Source of the DNA: Bacteroidales bacterium
Lineage (GTDB): Bacteria > Bacteroidota > Bacteroidia > Bacteroidales > GCA-2748055
Assembly: GCA_021738565.1 (NCBI GenBank)
Contig: JAIPBT010000020.1
Location: forward strand, 1,692 to 65,691
Reading direction: 5' to 3'
Length of the DNA stretch: 64,000 nucleotides
Under the pieces are notes generated by a model that worked only from the letters and a program-made list of their open reading frames with translations, was not told where the DNA came from and searched no databases. The translations under genes and the position numbers were made by a program. Of this stretch, positions 19,290-28,186 are shown in pieces (position 1 is the stretch's first letter; every line of letters begins with the position of its first letter).

Positions 19290-19844
19290 ATGCAAAATAT
19301 GGAAATTTCAAAGGAAAAAGTTGTATCAATTACTTATGAATTAAGGCAGGACAATGAAAATGGTGAGCTGGTTGAAAAAGTAACCGTTGACCAGCCATTG
19401 ACTTTTATTTACGGCATTGGAGGAATGCTTCCAAAATTCGAGGAGAACCTGGACGGCAAGAAAACCGGGGAAAGTTTCAATTTTGGTCTGAATTCTGAAG
19501 AAGCCTACGGACCTGTGGTTGAGAATGCTGTTGTTGATGTACCCATTGATGTGTTCAAAGTGGATGGCAAGATTGATGACAATATGCTGAAAACCGGAAA
19601 TATGATTCCAATGATGGACAATTCCGGCAACAGACTCAATGGAAAAGTTATTGAAATAAAAGAATCCGCCATTACCATGGATTTCAATCATCCCATGGCC
19701 GGAAAAGACCTTTATTTTTCCGGGAAAGTTACTGAAGTACGAGAAGCAACCCCGGATGAATTATCTCATGGACATGTTCATGGGAAGGACAACTGCGAGA
19801 ATGGTGACTGCGACGACCAAGGTGAAAATGGTTGCAACTGTTAG
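19290..19844 (+). CDS. slyD: SlyD-like FKBP-type peptidyl-prolyl isomerase with Cys/His/Asp-rich tail
   Basis: VVSITYELR ... MDFNHPMAGKDLYF pattern with an IF insert, and tail HGHVHGKDNCENGDCDDQGENGCNC. Confidence 0.8.
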   Translation: MQNMEISKEKVVSITYELRQDNENGELVEKVTVDQPLTFIYGIGGMLPKFEENLDGKKTGESFNFGLNSEEAYGPVVENAVVDVPIDVFKVDGKIDDNMLKTGNMIPMMDNSGNRLNGKVIEIKESAITMDFNHPMAGKDLYFSGKVTEVREATPDELSHGHVHGKDNCENGDCDDQGENGCNC

Positions 19845-19864
19845 TACTTTATATCTTTTTGGAA

Positions 19865-20647
19865 TTACTTTAGCTGAAAATCATCGGCATCCTTCCATAC
19901 AGGGAATTTTTTTCGAAATGATGTGATCTCTTCCAGATCCAGTACTGAATACAATATGCCCGGTTGATCTTTCAACCGGGTTTTATATTGTCCCTTCGCA
20001 TCGATAATGCATGATGCTCCGCAATTCTCAACCCCTTCCCCATCAATACCACAGCAGTTAGCTCCAATTACGTATGATTGGTTTTCCAAAGCTCTCGCGA
20101 TAAGTAATGAATCCCAGACATGTTTTCTTTCCATGGGCCAATTGGCCACATAAACAATAACGTCATAATCTTTCCTGTTCCTGGCAAACACAGGAAAACG
20201 AAGATCATAACAGATTTGCAGCAGAAACCTGAAATCTCCAATTTTTGCAATTACACGCTGATTGCCCGGTGAATAGTATTGCTCCTCTCCCCCCATCCTG
20301 AAAAGATGTCGCTTGTTGTAATAGGTAACCGATCCCATAGGATCCACCCAGTACAACCTGTTGTAATACCGACCTTCATCATTAGCTATTATGCTACCCG
20401 TAAGATATATCCGGTGAAATTGAGCGGTTCTGATCATCCAGTCCAGCGTTTTATTGCCGTGATCAGTATGGTCTTTTACATTCATTGTAAAACCGGTGGA
20501 AAAGGTTTCCGGCAATACAACGAGATCCGTATCACTATTGATATTCCCGATTAATTGATCAAATTTCTGAATGTTCGCCATGTAATTTTCCCAGACCAGT
20601 TCTGCCTGGATTATGGCTGTTTTGATTTTTAACGGTTCAGTGCTCAT
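19865..20647 (-). CDS. carbon-nitrogen hydrolase (nitrilase superfamily amidohydrolase, omega-amidase-like)
   Basis: Motifs LPETFSTGF, NKRHLFR and QICYDLRFP (catalytic Glu-Lys-Cys). Confidence 0.85.
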   Translation of the reverse strand: MSTEPLKIKTAIIQAELVWENYMANIQKFDQLIGNINSDTDLVVLPETFSTGFTMNVKDHTDHGNKTLDWMIRTAQFHRIYLTGSIIANDEGRYYNRLYWVDPMGSVTYYNKRHLFRMGGEEQYYSPGNQRVIAKIGDFRFLLQICYDLRFPVFARNRKDYDVIVYVANWPMERKHVWDSLLIARALENQSYVIGANCCGIDGEGVENCGASCIIDAKGQYKTRLKDQPGILYSVLDLEEITSFRKKFPVWKDADDFQLK

Positions 20648-21768
20648 TTATCTTTGCTGAGTGCAGCTACCTCATCAATTATTGTTGTTACAAATGGTTG
20701 GTAATAAGAATAGTAAAAATTTGAAGCACGCTTGGATCTTTTTCTGGGCAGGTTGATCAGATCATTGATCCCCCATAACCTGGAAGGGAACAGTCTTACA
20801 TTGTTCTTTCCAAAATCACCTGCCAGATAAAAGAAATGGTTGTCTGCCTGGATCAATGCCGGGAAATTATCAGGTATTCCCATCTTATTTAATTTTTGAT
20901 GCCCCTCTTCCGTAGGGTTTAGCACAAACGAAGAGATTGTTTTATTTCTTCCGGGATGCAACACTGTGAACCAGCCTGAATAGTTTACTTCCTCAGGTAA
21001 GCCAAACTTCTCAACCCCCTCACTTGTGGTTTTTATGAGTCCGTTCGTTGACTGGATATCTTTCCCCTCCTCAAGTACCAGTATCCTTTTTGATTCGGGA
21101 TTAAAGAAGACAATTCCAGGCCCTTTGGCATTCCATTCCTCACCAACATATTCCCTGTACATATCTGTGCAACTCATTTCCCTGTCACAATCCGGCTCAT
21201 TGGCAAGGTTTTTTATATACCTTCCATGCCATCCAACGAAATATATGTCAGTTAATTGTTCAAGATTATAGCGGATAAGTGGTTCAGTGGGAGAACCAAA
21301 AAAACTGCATTCTGCTATCAGGTATTTATTTCTTGACATTAATTCCTTGATAAGTGTATAATCCGTATTGCTGATACCACCGTATTCAAGTCTGTTGCTA
21401 TCAGTCCCGCCAATCTGGGAGGCCTTGATCCCGTATGCATCTGCATAGTATACAAGATCCACGTTTTCTGCTGTCTCCGAAACATCCTTTAAACGCGGAT
21501 ATCGGACATTGTATTCATCACCAAACCAAAACAATCCGTAATAATCCTTCTTTAAATTATATTTCGTATTGAAAGGTGTAAATACCTTTTCCTTATTCAG
21601 AATATAATTCAGGGATTTATTTTCACTTCTATCGAAATGAAGCATCGATTTATTGATCACCATAATATCCAGGGCTGTATTTCTTTTAAGAATCCAGCCT
21701 GTAAATCCAACCAAAGGAACAACCAAAATAATTACAACTACAATTGTTATAGTTTTTATTGTTTTCAT
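20644..21768 (-). CDS. hypothetical membrane-anchored protein
   Basis: 374 aa with a single N-terminal TM helix and no motif I recognise. It overlaps the nitrilase-family gene by 4 nt (ATGA). Confidence 0.5.
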   Translation of the reverse strand: MKTIKTITIVVVIILVVPLVGFTGWILKRNTALDIMVINKSMLHFDRSENKSLNYILNKEKVFTPFNTKYNLKKDYYGLFWFGDEYNVRYPRLKDVSETAENVDLVYYADAYGIKASQIGGTDSNRLEYGGISNTDYTLIKELMSRNKYLIAECSFFGSPTEPLIRYNLEQLTDIYFVGWHGRYIKNLANEPDCDREMSCTDMYREYVGEEWNAKGPGIVFFNPESKRILVLEEGKDIQSTNGLIKTTSEGVEKFGLPEEVNYSGWFTVLHPGRNKTISSFVLNPTEEGHQKLNKMGIPDNFPALIQADNHFFYLAGDFGKNNVRLFPSRLWGINDLINLPRKRSKRASNFYYSYYQPFVTTIIDEVAALSKDK

Positions 21769-21987
21769 GATTCCAGTTTTTATAAAATCTGAAGTGGCAA
21801 TACAAAAGCAAGGTTAAAGAATGCCTGCAAACTTCTTTCATAAAAGTAGTAAATATTATAATACGAGTAAAGAACAGGAAATAAATCTCTCTTTTACTGT
21901 ATGTTACGGAAAATCAAATATTTTTTTTGTTGCAAACCGGGAAGTCTTCATTACCCGAAGTCTTTTAACCAAATGTGAAAGGGTGTT

Positions 21988-22254
21988 CTATGCATCAAAT
22001 TTATAACCGACACTTTTTACGGTAACAATCCTGTTCTGACCGATTTTTTCGCATACTTCAATACCATCCATACCAGGCATCATAACATCCAGCAGCACCA
22101 GGTCCGGCTTTATTTCTTTTACCTGCTTTAAAGCATCTTTGCCATTGGATGATCTGTATACCTGATATCCTTCACGCTTCAGATTATAAGAGAAAAACTC
22201 AAGAATATCCTGTTCATCATCAACAATTAATATCGATTTTTTTTTATTGTCCAT
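21988..22254 (-). pseudogene. internally deleted OmpR/PhoB-type response regulator relic (88 aa)
   Basis: Residues 1-70 align with the receiver domain of the regulator at 24731-25441 (LLDVMMPGMDGIE conserved). The ORF then jumps to the extreme C-terminal wing IVTVKSVGYKFDA. Confidence 0.6.
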
Positions 22255-22415
22255 AAAAAACAGTTTATATATTTGCTAAGCTAATTCGGATGGATAAACA
22301 AAATGTTAACTCTGTATTATTTAAAGTCTAAATTCTGATGGAATTGTCAAGATTGGATAACATCCAGTTTACTTTAAATTAATACTGGGTTAATGTTTCC
22401 TAATTTGGGAATGGA

Positions 22416-22423
22416 TAATTTTG
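22416..22423 (+). promoter_or_regulatory. candidate -7 promoter box TAATTTTG (TAnnTTTG) for the PiT gene
   Basis: Exact match to the Bacteroidota -7 consensus, 26 nt upstream of the ATG at 22449. It overlaps an ATGGATAA motif. Confidence 0.35.
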
Positions 22424-22448
22424 AACTTTCAAAACAAGCACCTAAAAA

Positions 22449-24686
22449 ATGGAATCTTACTATCTTCTTATCGTAATCGTTTTATTCATCCTTGCTATTT
22501 CTGATCTGATCGTTGGTGTCAGTAACGATGCCGTTAATTTCCTAAACTCAGCCATTGGATCTAAAGCAGCGCCTTTCCTGATTATACTTACCATTGCTGC
22601 AATAGGTGTTCTCGTTGGATCCATATTCTCCAACGGAATGATGGAAGTGGCACGAAAAGGAATTTTCCACCCGGACCAGTTTGCATTTTCTGAGATAATG
22701 ATTGTCTTCCTGGCAGTGATGATGACGGATATTCTTCTGCTGGATTTCTTTAATACCGTGGGATTGCCAACTTCAACCACGGTTTCCATCGTTTTTGAGT
22801 TACTCGGGGCTTCTGTTGCTGTTGCATTGTTCAAAATATTGGGATCGAATGGCGAATATTCGAACATGTCAACTTTTATCAATACCGACAGTGCCATGCT
22901 GATCATAGCTGGTATCTTTCTTTCCGTGATCATTGCATTTACTGTGGGGGTGATTATCATGGCACTGGTCAGGTTTGCTTTCTCATTCAATATCATGCGG
23001 AACTATAAATACTGGGGAGGTATCTGGGGAGGATTTGCCATCACTGTCATACTCTATTTTCTTTTGATCAAAGGTGCAAAGGGATCTACCATCGTAAGTG
23101 ATGAAATGCTTTTGTACCTGAAAAAAAATACATTTCAAATATTGCTGATTAGTTTCGCCGGCTGGACAATTTTACTTCAACTGATCATTCTCTTCACCAG
23201 GTTCAATATCTTGAAATTTATTGTATTGGTTGGAACATTTGCATTAGCGATGGCGTTTGCAGGAAACGACCTTGTGAATTTCATTGGTGTACCCCTGGCA
23301 GGATTTTCATCTTTTAAAGCCTTTATGGCCTCAGGCTCTGATCCGAACGCTTTTATGATGACAGCTTTGACGGAAAAGGTTAATACTCCCCTCTTTTTTC
23401 TTGTTGCTGCCGGTCTCATCATGGTCCTGACGCTCAGGCTTTCAAAAAAAGCAAAGTCGGTTACTGCCACCACCATTGATCTCAGCAGGCAAAATGAAGG
23501 CAGTGAACGTTTTGAATCTTTTGGAATTGCGCGTTTTCTTGTAAGAAGGACGTTGGAATTCAGCAACTTTGTCGGCAAAATTACTCCGCGGCCACTACGG
23601 GAGTTTTCTTATACCAGGTTCGATGCCAGTAAAAGTTCCGATGAGTACAAATCGAACAAAATTGCATTCGATCTTGTAAGGGCCTCGGTAAACCTTGTTG
23701 TAGCCAGCATATTAATTGCGATCGGAACTTCGCTCAAACTTCCCCTTTCAACAACGTATGTAACTTTTATGGTGGCGATGGGGACCTCCCTTGCTGACGG
23801 TGCCTGGGGCAGAGAAAGCGCAGTTTACAGGATTTCCGGTATGCTGACTGTTATTGGAGGATGGTTCTTCACTGCGGTCACAGCATTTACAGTTTCATTT
23901 CTTATTGCCACACTTATCTATTTCGGAAAATTCCCGGTGATACTTGTACTTATAGCCATATCAATATTTATTCTGATCAGAACCCACGCTTTTCACAAAA
24001 AACGCGTTGAAGATAATAATAAAAAGGAAAATGGAAAGGTCACTGAATCAGTTGAAGTTCTTTCCAATTGTGAAAGTGAAGTTAAGAGCTCCATCATAGA
24101 AATATCCAAGCTGCTTTTCCTGACCTTTGACAGTTTTTCCAAGGAAGACCACAGTGAACTTAAATCCATTAAGAAACAGGCTAAAAAATTAAACAAAAGC
24201 ATCAAATCAATCAAGGAATCTGTTGCCGACACCCTGAAGGTCTTCAGGGAGAACGAACTGGAAAGCGGGCATTACTATGTACAAGTGATCGACCATCTGA
24301 AAGAATCATCCAATGCACTCAATCACATTATATTCCCTGCCTTTAATCATCTCGACAACAATCACTCACTGGATCAGGAACAAAGCAAGGAATTGAAGGC
24401 ATTTAACGATCAGATCAACGAATTCTTTAACTTCAGCATTACACTGCTGCAGAACAGAAATCTAAATAATCTGGATGACTTTATCAAGCAAAGGGACATT
24501 TTGATCAATACCATCAATGGCATTATAAAAAACAGGATCAAGATATTGAAGAAGAAGCAAAAAGGCACAAAAGTAAGCATGACCTATATTGAAATGCTAA
24601 CTGAAACAAAAAACCTTATTCTGCATGTGGTCCAGTTGATTAAAGCTGATGCAGAAATGGTTAATTCGTTTGAAAATATTGAATAG
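22449..24686 (+). CDS. PiT-family inorganic phosphate transporter with C-terminal PhoU-like helical domain
   Basis: PHO4 repeats GVSNDAVNF and AGNDLVNFIG, about 12 TM segments, then a roughly 220-aa charged helical tail. Confidence 0.8.
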   Translation: MESYYLLIVIVLFILAISDLIVGVSNDAVNFLNSAIGSKAAPFLIILTIAAIGVLVGSIFSNGMMEVARKGIFHPDQFAFSEIMIVFLAVMMTDILLLDFFNTVGLPTSTTVSIVFELLGASVAVALFKILGSNGEYSNMSTFINTDSAMLIIAGIFLSVIIAFTVGVIIMALVRFAFSFNIMRNYKYWGGIWGGFAITVILYFLLIKGAKGSTIVSDEMLLYLKKNTFQILLISFAGWTILLQLIILFTRFNILKFIVLVGTFALAMAFAGNDLVNFIGVPLAGFSSFKAFMASGSDPNAFMMTALTEKVNTPLFFLVAAGLIMVLTLRLSKKAKSVTATTIDLSRQNEGSERFESFGIARFLVRRTLEFSNFVGKITPRPLREFSYTRFDASKSSDEYKSNKIAFDLVRASVNLVVASILIAIGTSLKLPLSTTYVTFMVAMGTSLADGAWGRESAVYRISGMLTVIGGWFFTAVTAFTVSFLIATLIYFGKFPVILVLIAISIFILIRTHAFHKKRVEDNNKKENGKVTESVEVLSNCESEVKSSIIEISKLLFLTFDSFSKEDHSELKSIKKQAKKLNKSIKSIKESVADTLKVFRENELESGHYYVQVIDHLKESSNALNHIIFPAFNHLDNNHSLDQEQSKELKAFNDQINEFFNFSITLLQNRNLNNLDDFIKQRDILINTINGIIKNRIKILKKKQKGTKVSMTYIEMLTETKNLILHVVQLIKADAEMVNSFENIE

Positions 24687-24730
24687 ACCTGTACACGTGT
24701 TGAAGGAGAATTTGATTTCTCGCGATGCAG

Positions 24731-25441
24731 TTAGTCAGGTTGAACATATTTATAACCGATCCCCTTTATGGTTTTTATGTATTGATCGCCCAGCTTTTCC
24801 CTGAGTTTTCGGATGTGTACATCGATGGTCCGGTCGCCAACAACTATATTATCCCCCCAAATCCTGTCAAAAATCTCATCCCTTGAAAATACTTTATCAG
24901 GTTTCGAAATAAGCAATGACAGCAGTTCAAATTCCTTTCGGGGAAAAAATATCTCTTTGTCTTTCTTAATTACAATATATCGCTCTTTGTCTATTATCAG
25001 ATCTCCGGACACCAATTGATGTCCTGACTGTTCTTTATTGAAATTACTGTTAATGTTTGATCGTTTCAACAAGGATTTTATCTTGCTGATCAGCAATTTC
25101 GGTTTTATCGGTTTTGTAATATAATCATCTCCTCCGGCCTCAAAACCGGCAATCTGAGAATAGTCCTCCCCCCTTGCCGTTAAGAATGCAATCATTGTAT
25201 TTTCCAGTTCCTGGATCTTCCTTATCTCCTCGCACGTTTCAATGCCATCCATACCTGGCATCATAACATCAAGCAGCACAAGTTGCGGAAGTTTTTCTCT
25301 TGCAATTTTCAGGGCCTCTTCCCCATTGCTGGCAGTATAGATCTGAAACCCTTCGTTGCTGAGATTGTAACCAATGAATTCAAGAATGTCCTTTTCATCA
25401 TCTACAAGAAGGATCTTATAATCATTCCTGTTCATATCCAT
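24731..25441 (-). CDS. OmpR/PhoB-family response regulator (no adjacent histidine kinase)
   Basis: Receiver motifs LLVDDE and LLDVMMPGMDG, and winged helix RIWG ... IKTIKGIGYKY. Confidence 0.9.
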   Translation of the reverse strand: MDMNRNDYKILLVDDEKDILEFIGYNLSNEGFQIYTASNGEEALKIAREKLPQLVLLDVMMPGMDGIETCEEIRKIQELENTMIAFLTARGEDYSQIAGFEAGGDDYITKPIKPKLLISKIKSLLKRSNINSNFNKEQSGHQLVSGDLIIDKERYIVIKKDKEIFFPRKEFELLSLLISKPDKVFSRDEIFDRIWGDNIVVGDRTIDVHIRKLREKLGDQYIKTIKGIGYKYVQPD

Positions 25442-25726
25442 TTTTTATTAAACGTAAAATTAGTAAAATCAGTTAATTATGAAAATAGAAGTATCCTTTT
25501 TAATTTCTTTGAACTTTTGCTTGCAATTGATCTTAAATCATTGATGGATAAATCATTAGGGATGGCATTTAAATTGAGCATCATCTTTTTAAATGGTCAT
25601 TAACAGGAACATGTGAAAAAATATTATTAATTCAATCCGAATCTTGACCGTTTTTTCAAAGCAATCTCATATTTTTAATTCCGGAATCAATACAACCATA
25701 TTGCACCTCAACAATACATTTTATTA

Positions 25727-26722
25727 ATGAGACCGATTGCTTTAATCCTGATAACGACAATCTTAACACTGAAGGTTAATGCCCAGGAAACGAACGAGGA
25801 GTATCTTGGGAATGGCACTGTTTCCGGGAAGATATTCAGTAATTTTCATTTTAGTTTAGATAATGCAAACAGGAAAACTGCGTTTGCGATAACACGCGCC
25901 TATTTCGGTTATGAACAACAACTGGGAGAATATTTCTCTGCAAATATAAAATTGGATATCGGAAGTCCGGATGATCTCTCGGAATACAGCAGGCTCAGAA
26001 GATATGCATATTTCAAAAATGCTGGTCTGACATATAGTAGAAATGACCTGACTGTCTGGGCCGGTCTGTTCGATATGCTGCAATTCAAGGTCCAGGAAAG
26101 GTCCTGGGGATACAGGTACATGTACAGGTCATTCCTTGATGAATACAGGTTTGGTCCAAGTGCGGACCTCGGCCTGGGTGTAAGGTATAGTTTTGCGGAT
26201 AACCTTGAATCCGATATCATTGTGTCAAATGGTGAAGGTTACACCAGTCCGCAGAGAGACAACATTTATAAAGCCGGCTGGGGAATTACATACAATCCCC
26301 TGCCTTCAATTACATTAAGAGGATATTATTCCATTTTTCTGACACAGGTTCCCCAAATGACCTTTACCGGATTTGCTGGATACAGGAACGAAAATTTCCG
26401 GATAGGTGGAGATTTTAACTATCAAATGAATTTCCAGTCAAACCTAAACCGCGACCGTTATGGATACTCCTTTTACAGCACCTTTGTATTTTCAGAAAAA
26501 TGGGAAATATTCCTGCGCTATGACCATTTGTACTCTAATATAGTTGGTGCCACAGAGATTCCATGGAACCTTGCAAACGATGGCAGTGCAGCAATAGGAG
26601 GCATTCAATTCACACCGGTCAGCAAGGTGCATGTGACTTTTGATTACCAGGACTGGTATGAATACGCTGCAAATGGAGAAAAGGAACAATTGTTGTTTTT
26701 ACATCTTGAAGTGAATTTCTAA
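25727..26722 (+). CDS. outer-membrane porin (phosphate-selective porin O/P-like)
   Basis: Signal peptide ending VNAQ, alternating aromatic beta-strand pattern and C-terminal HLEVNF. The context suggests a phosphate module. Confidence 0.55.
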   Translation: MRPIALILITTILTLKVNAQETNEEYLGNGTVSGKIFSNFHFSLDNANRKTAFAITRAYFGYEQQLGEYFSANIKLDIGSPDDLSEYSRLRRYAYFKNAGLTYSRNDLTVWAGLFDMLQFKVQERSWGYRYMYRSFLDEYRFGPSADLGLGVRYSFADNLESDIIVSNGEGYTSPQRDNIYKAGWGITYNPLPSITLRGYYSIFLTQVPQMTFTGFAGYRNENFRIGGDFNYQMNFQSNLNRDRYGYSFYSTFVFSEKWEIFLRYDHLYSNIVGATEIPWNLANDGSAAIGGIQFTPVSKVHVTFDYQDWYEYAANGEKEQLLFLHLEVNF

Positions 26723-28039
26723 ATGAATAAAGAATATGCAATAGCACTCTTTCTAATTACCATGCTGATGGGCAGCTGCAGAGAAAGCAATTTCTATATT
26801 GATGAAATTGATGTGGTTACAGATCTTGGAGGTGGTACGGGATCTGTCACATGGACCAGCGATAAAAGCTATCTTATCAGCGGATTTGTTTTTGTGAATG
26901 ACGGACAGACGCTCACCATTGAACCCGGTACCGTGATCAGGGCAAAGACAGGACAGGGTTCCCTCTCCAGCGCCCTTATTGTTGCAAGAGGGGGAAGGAT
27001 TATTGCAGAAGGCAACAATACTGAGCCTATTATCTTTACTGCTGAAGGAGATGATCTCAAAGGCAGTGTTCCCAAGGAAGCAAGAGGATTGTGGGGTGGT
27101 CTTATCATCCTTGGAAATGCACCTGTCAACACCGAATCGGGTGAAGCGATGATTGAAGGAATACCTGTCAGTGAACCAAGGGGTGTATTCGGAGGAATTG
27201 ATGAAGACGATAATTCAGGGATATTGAGGTATGTATCGATAAGACACGGAGGCACAAACATTGGAGAGGGGAATGAAATAAATGGACTCACCCTTGGCGG
27301 AGTGGGACGTCAGACCATTATTGATCATATCGAAGTAATTTCAAATGAAGATGATGGTCTGGAAATTTTTGGAGGAACAGTAAACCTCAGGAATATTGTG
27401 ATCTCCAATTGTGATGACGATGCATTTGATATTGACCTGGGCTACAGGGGCAAATGCCAGTTCCTGCTGGGATTGAACAATGAAAATTCCGATCGAGGTA
27501 TTGAGTGTTCAGGAGGCCTGCAGCTCCTGCAGATCCTGCCTGATGCTTTTCCATCCTTATATAATGTGACCCTCATCGGAGATCAGGAGAACCTGCTCAT
27601 ACCTGCTATAGACTTTACAAGTTATGGCGCTGCTCACATCAAGAACTCCATATTCGTTCATACCGGATCCGGAATTGCAATCTTGCATTCTGAATCAACC
27701 GGGGATGTCTATTCAATGTTCAGGAATGGATCTCTGACCATAGAAAATTGTATATTTTTCGACGAATCACATTCAACAATAAAAATTTTTTGTTACAATG
27801 AACTCAACGATCACTTTTATGCTGAAAATGCTGAGTTGCAGGACTCAATTCAAAGCTGGGGAAATCTCACCGGGAATCCACTGAATGCACAAGGCACAGC
27901 TTTTCAATTAATGCCCGACAACACCGTTTTTGAAAACATGGCCCCTTATAACAGCAACTGGTTTGAAAAAGTCACTTATAAAGGAGCTTTCGGCTCTGAA
28001 AACTGGATTGAGGGCTGGACATTGCTGTGCGTTAATTAG
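26723..28039 (+). CDS. hypothetical lipoprotein with beta-helix-like repeats
   Basis: Lipobox LMGSC and repeats GGLIILGNAP, YVSIRHGG, LTLGGVG, DDGLEIFGG and DDAFDIDLGY. The ATG immediately follows the porin TAA. Confidence 0.5.
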   Translation: MNKEYAIALFLITMLMGSCRESNFYIDEIDVVTDLGGGTGSVTWTSDKSYLISGFVFVNDGQTLTIEPGTVIRAKTGQGSLSSALIVARGGRIIAEGNNTEPIIFTAEGDDLKGSVPKEARGLWGGLIILGNAPVNTESGEAMIEGIPVSEPRGVFGGIDEDDNSGILRYVSIRHGGTNIGEGNEINGLTLGGVGRQTIIDHIEVISNEDDGLEIFGGTVNLRNIVISNCDDDAFDIDLGYRGKCQFLLGLNNENSDRGIECSGGLQLLQILPDAFPSLYNVTLIGDQENLLIPAIDFTSYGAAHIKNSIFVHTGSGIAILHSESTGDVYSMFRNGSLTIENCIFFDESHSTIKIFCYNELNDHFYAENAELQDSIQSWGNLTGNPLNAQGTAFQLMPDNTVFENMAPYNSNWFEKVTYKGAFGSENWIEGWTLLCVN

Positions 28040-28183
28040 TGCTTGTCAATAAAGTTGGGGTGGCTGGATCATAATGTTCGTTTGCAAGTCCTGCGAAGTT
28101 GGGAAATGCGGAGTCCCGATATATTATCGGGATGAGCAATTTACCGACGAGCGTAACGCAGCAAACGGACATTATGGACAGAC
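28040..28183. mobile_element. Family-1 palindromic MITE-like element, copy B
   Basis: Inverted ends CTTGTCAATAAAG / CATTATGGACAGAC, inner stems, and a flanking 7-bp direct repeat TAATTAG (28033-28039 and 28184-28190). Confidence 0.7.
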
Positions 28184-28186
28184 TAA

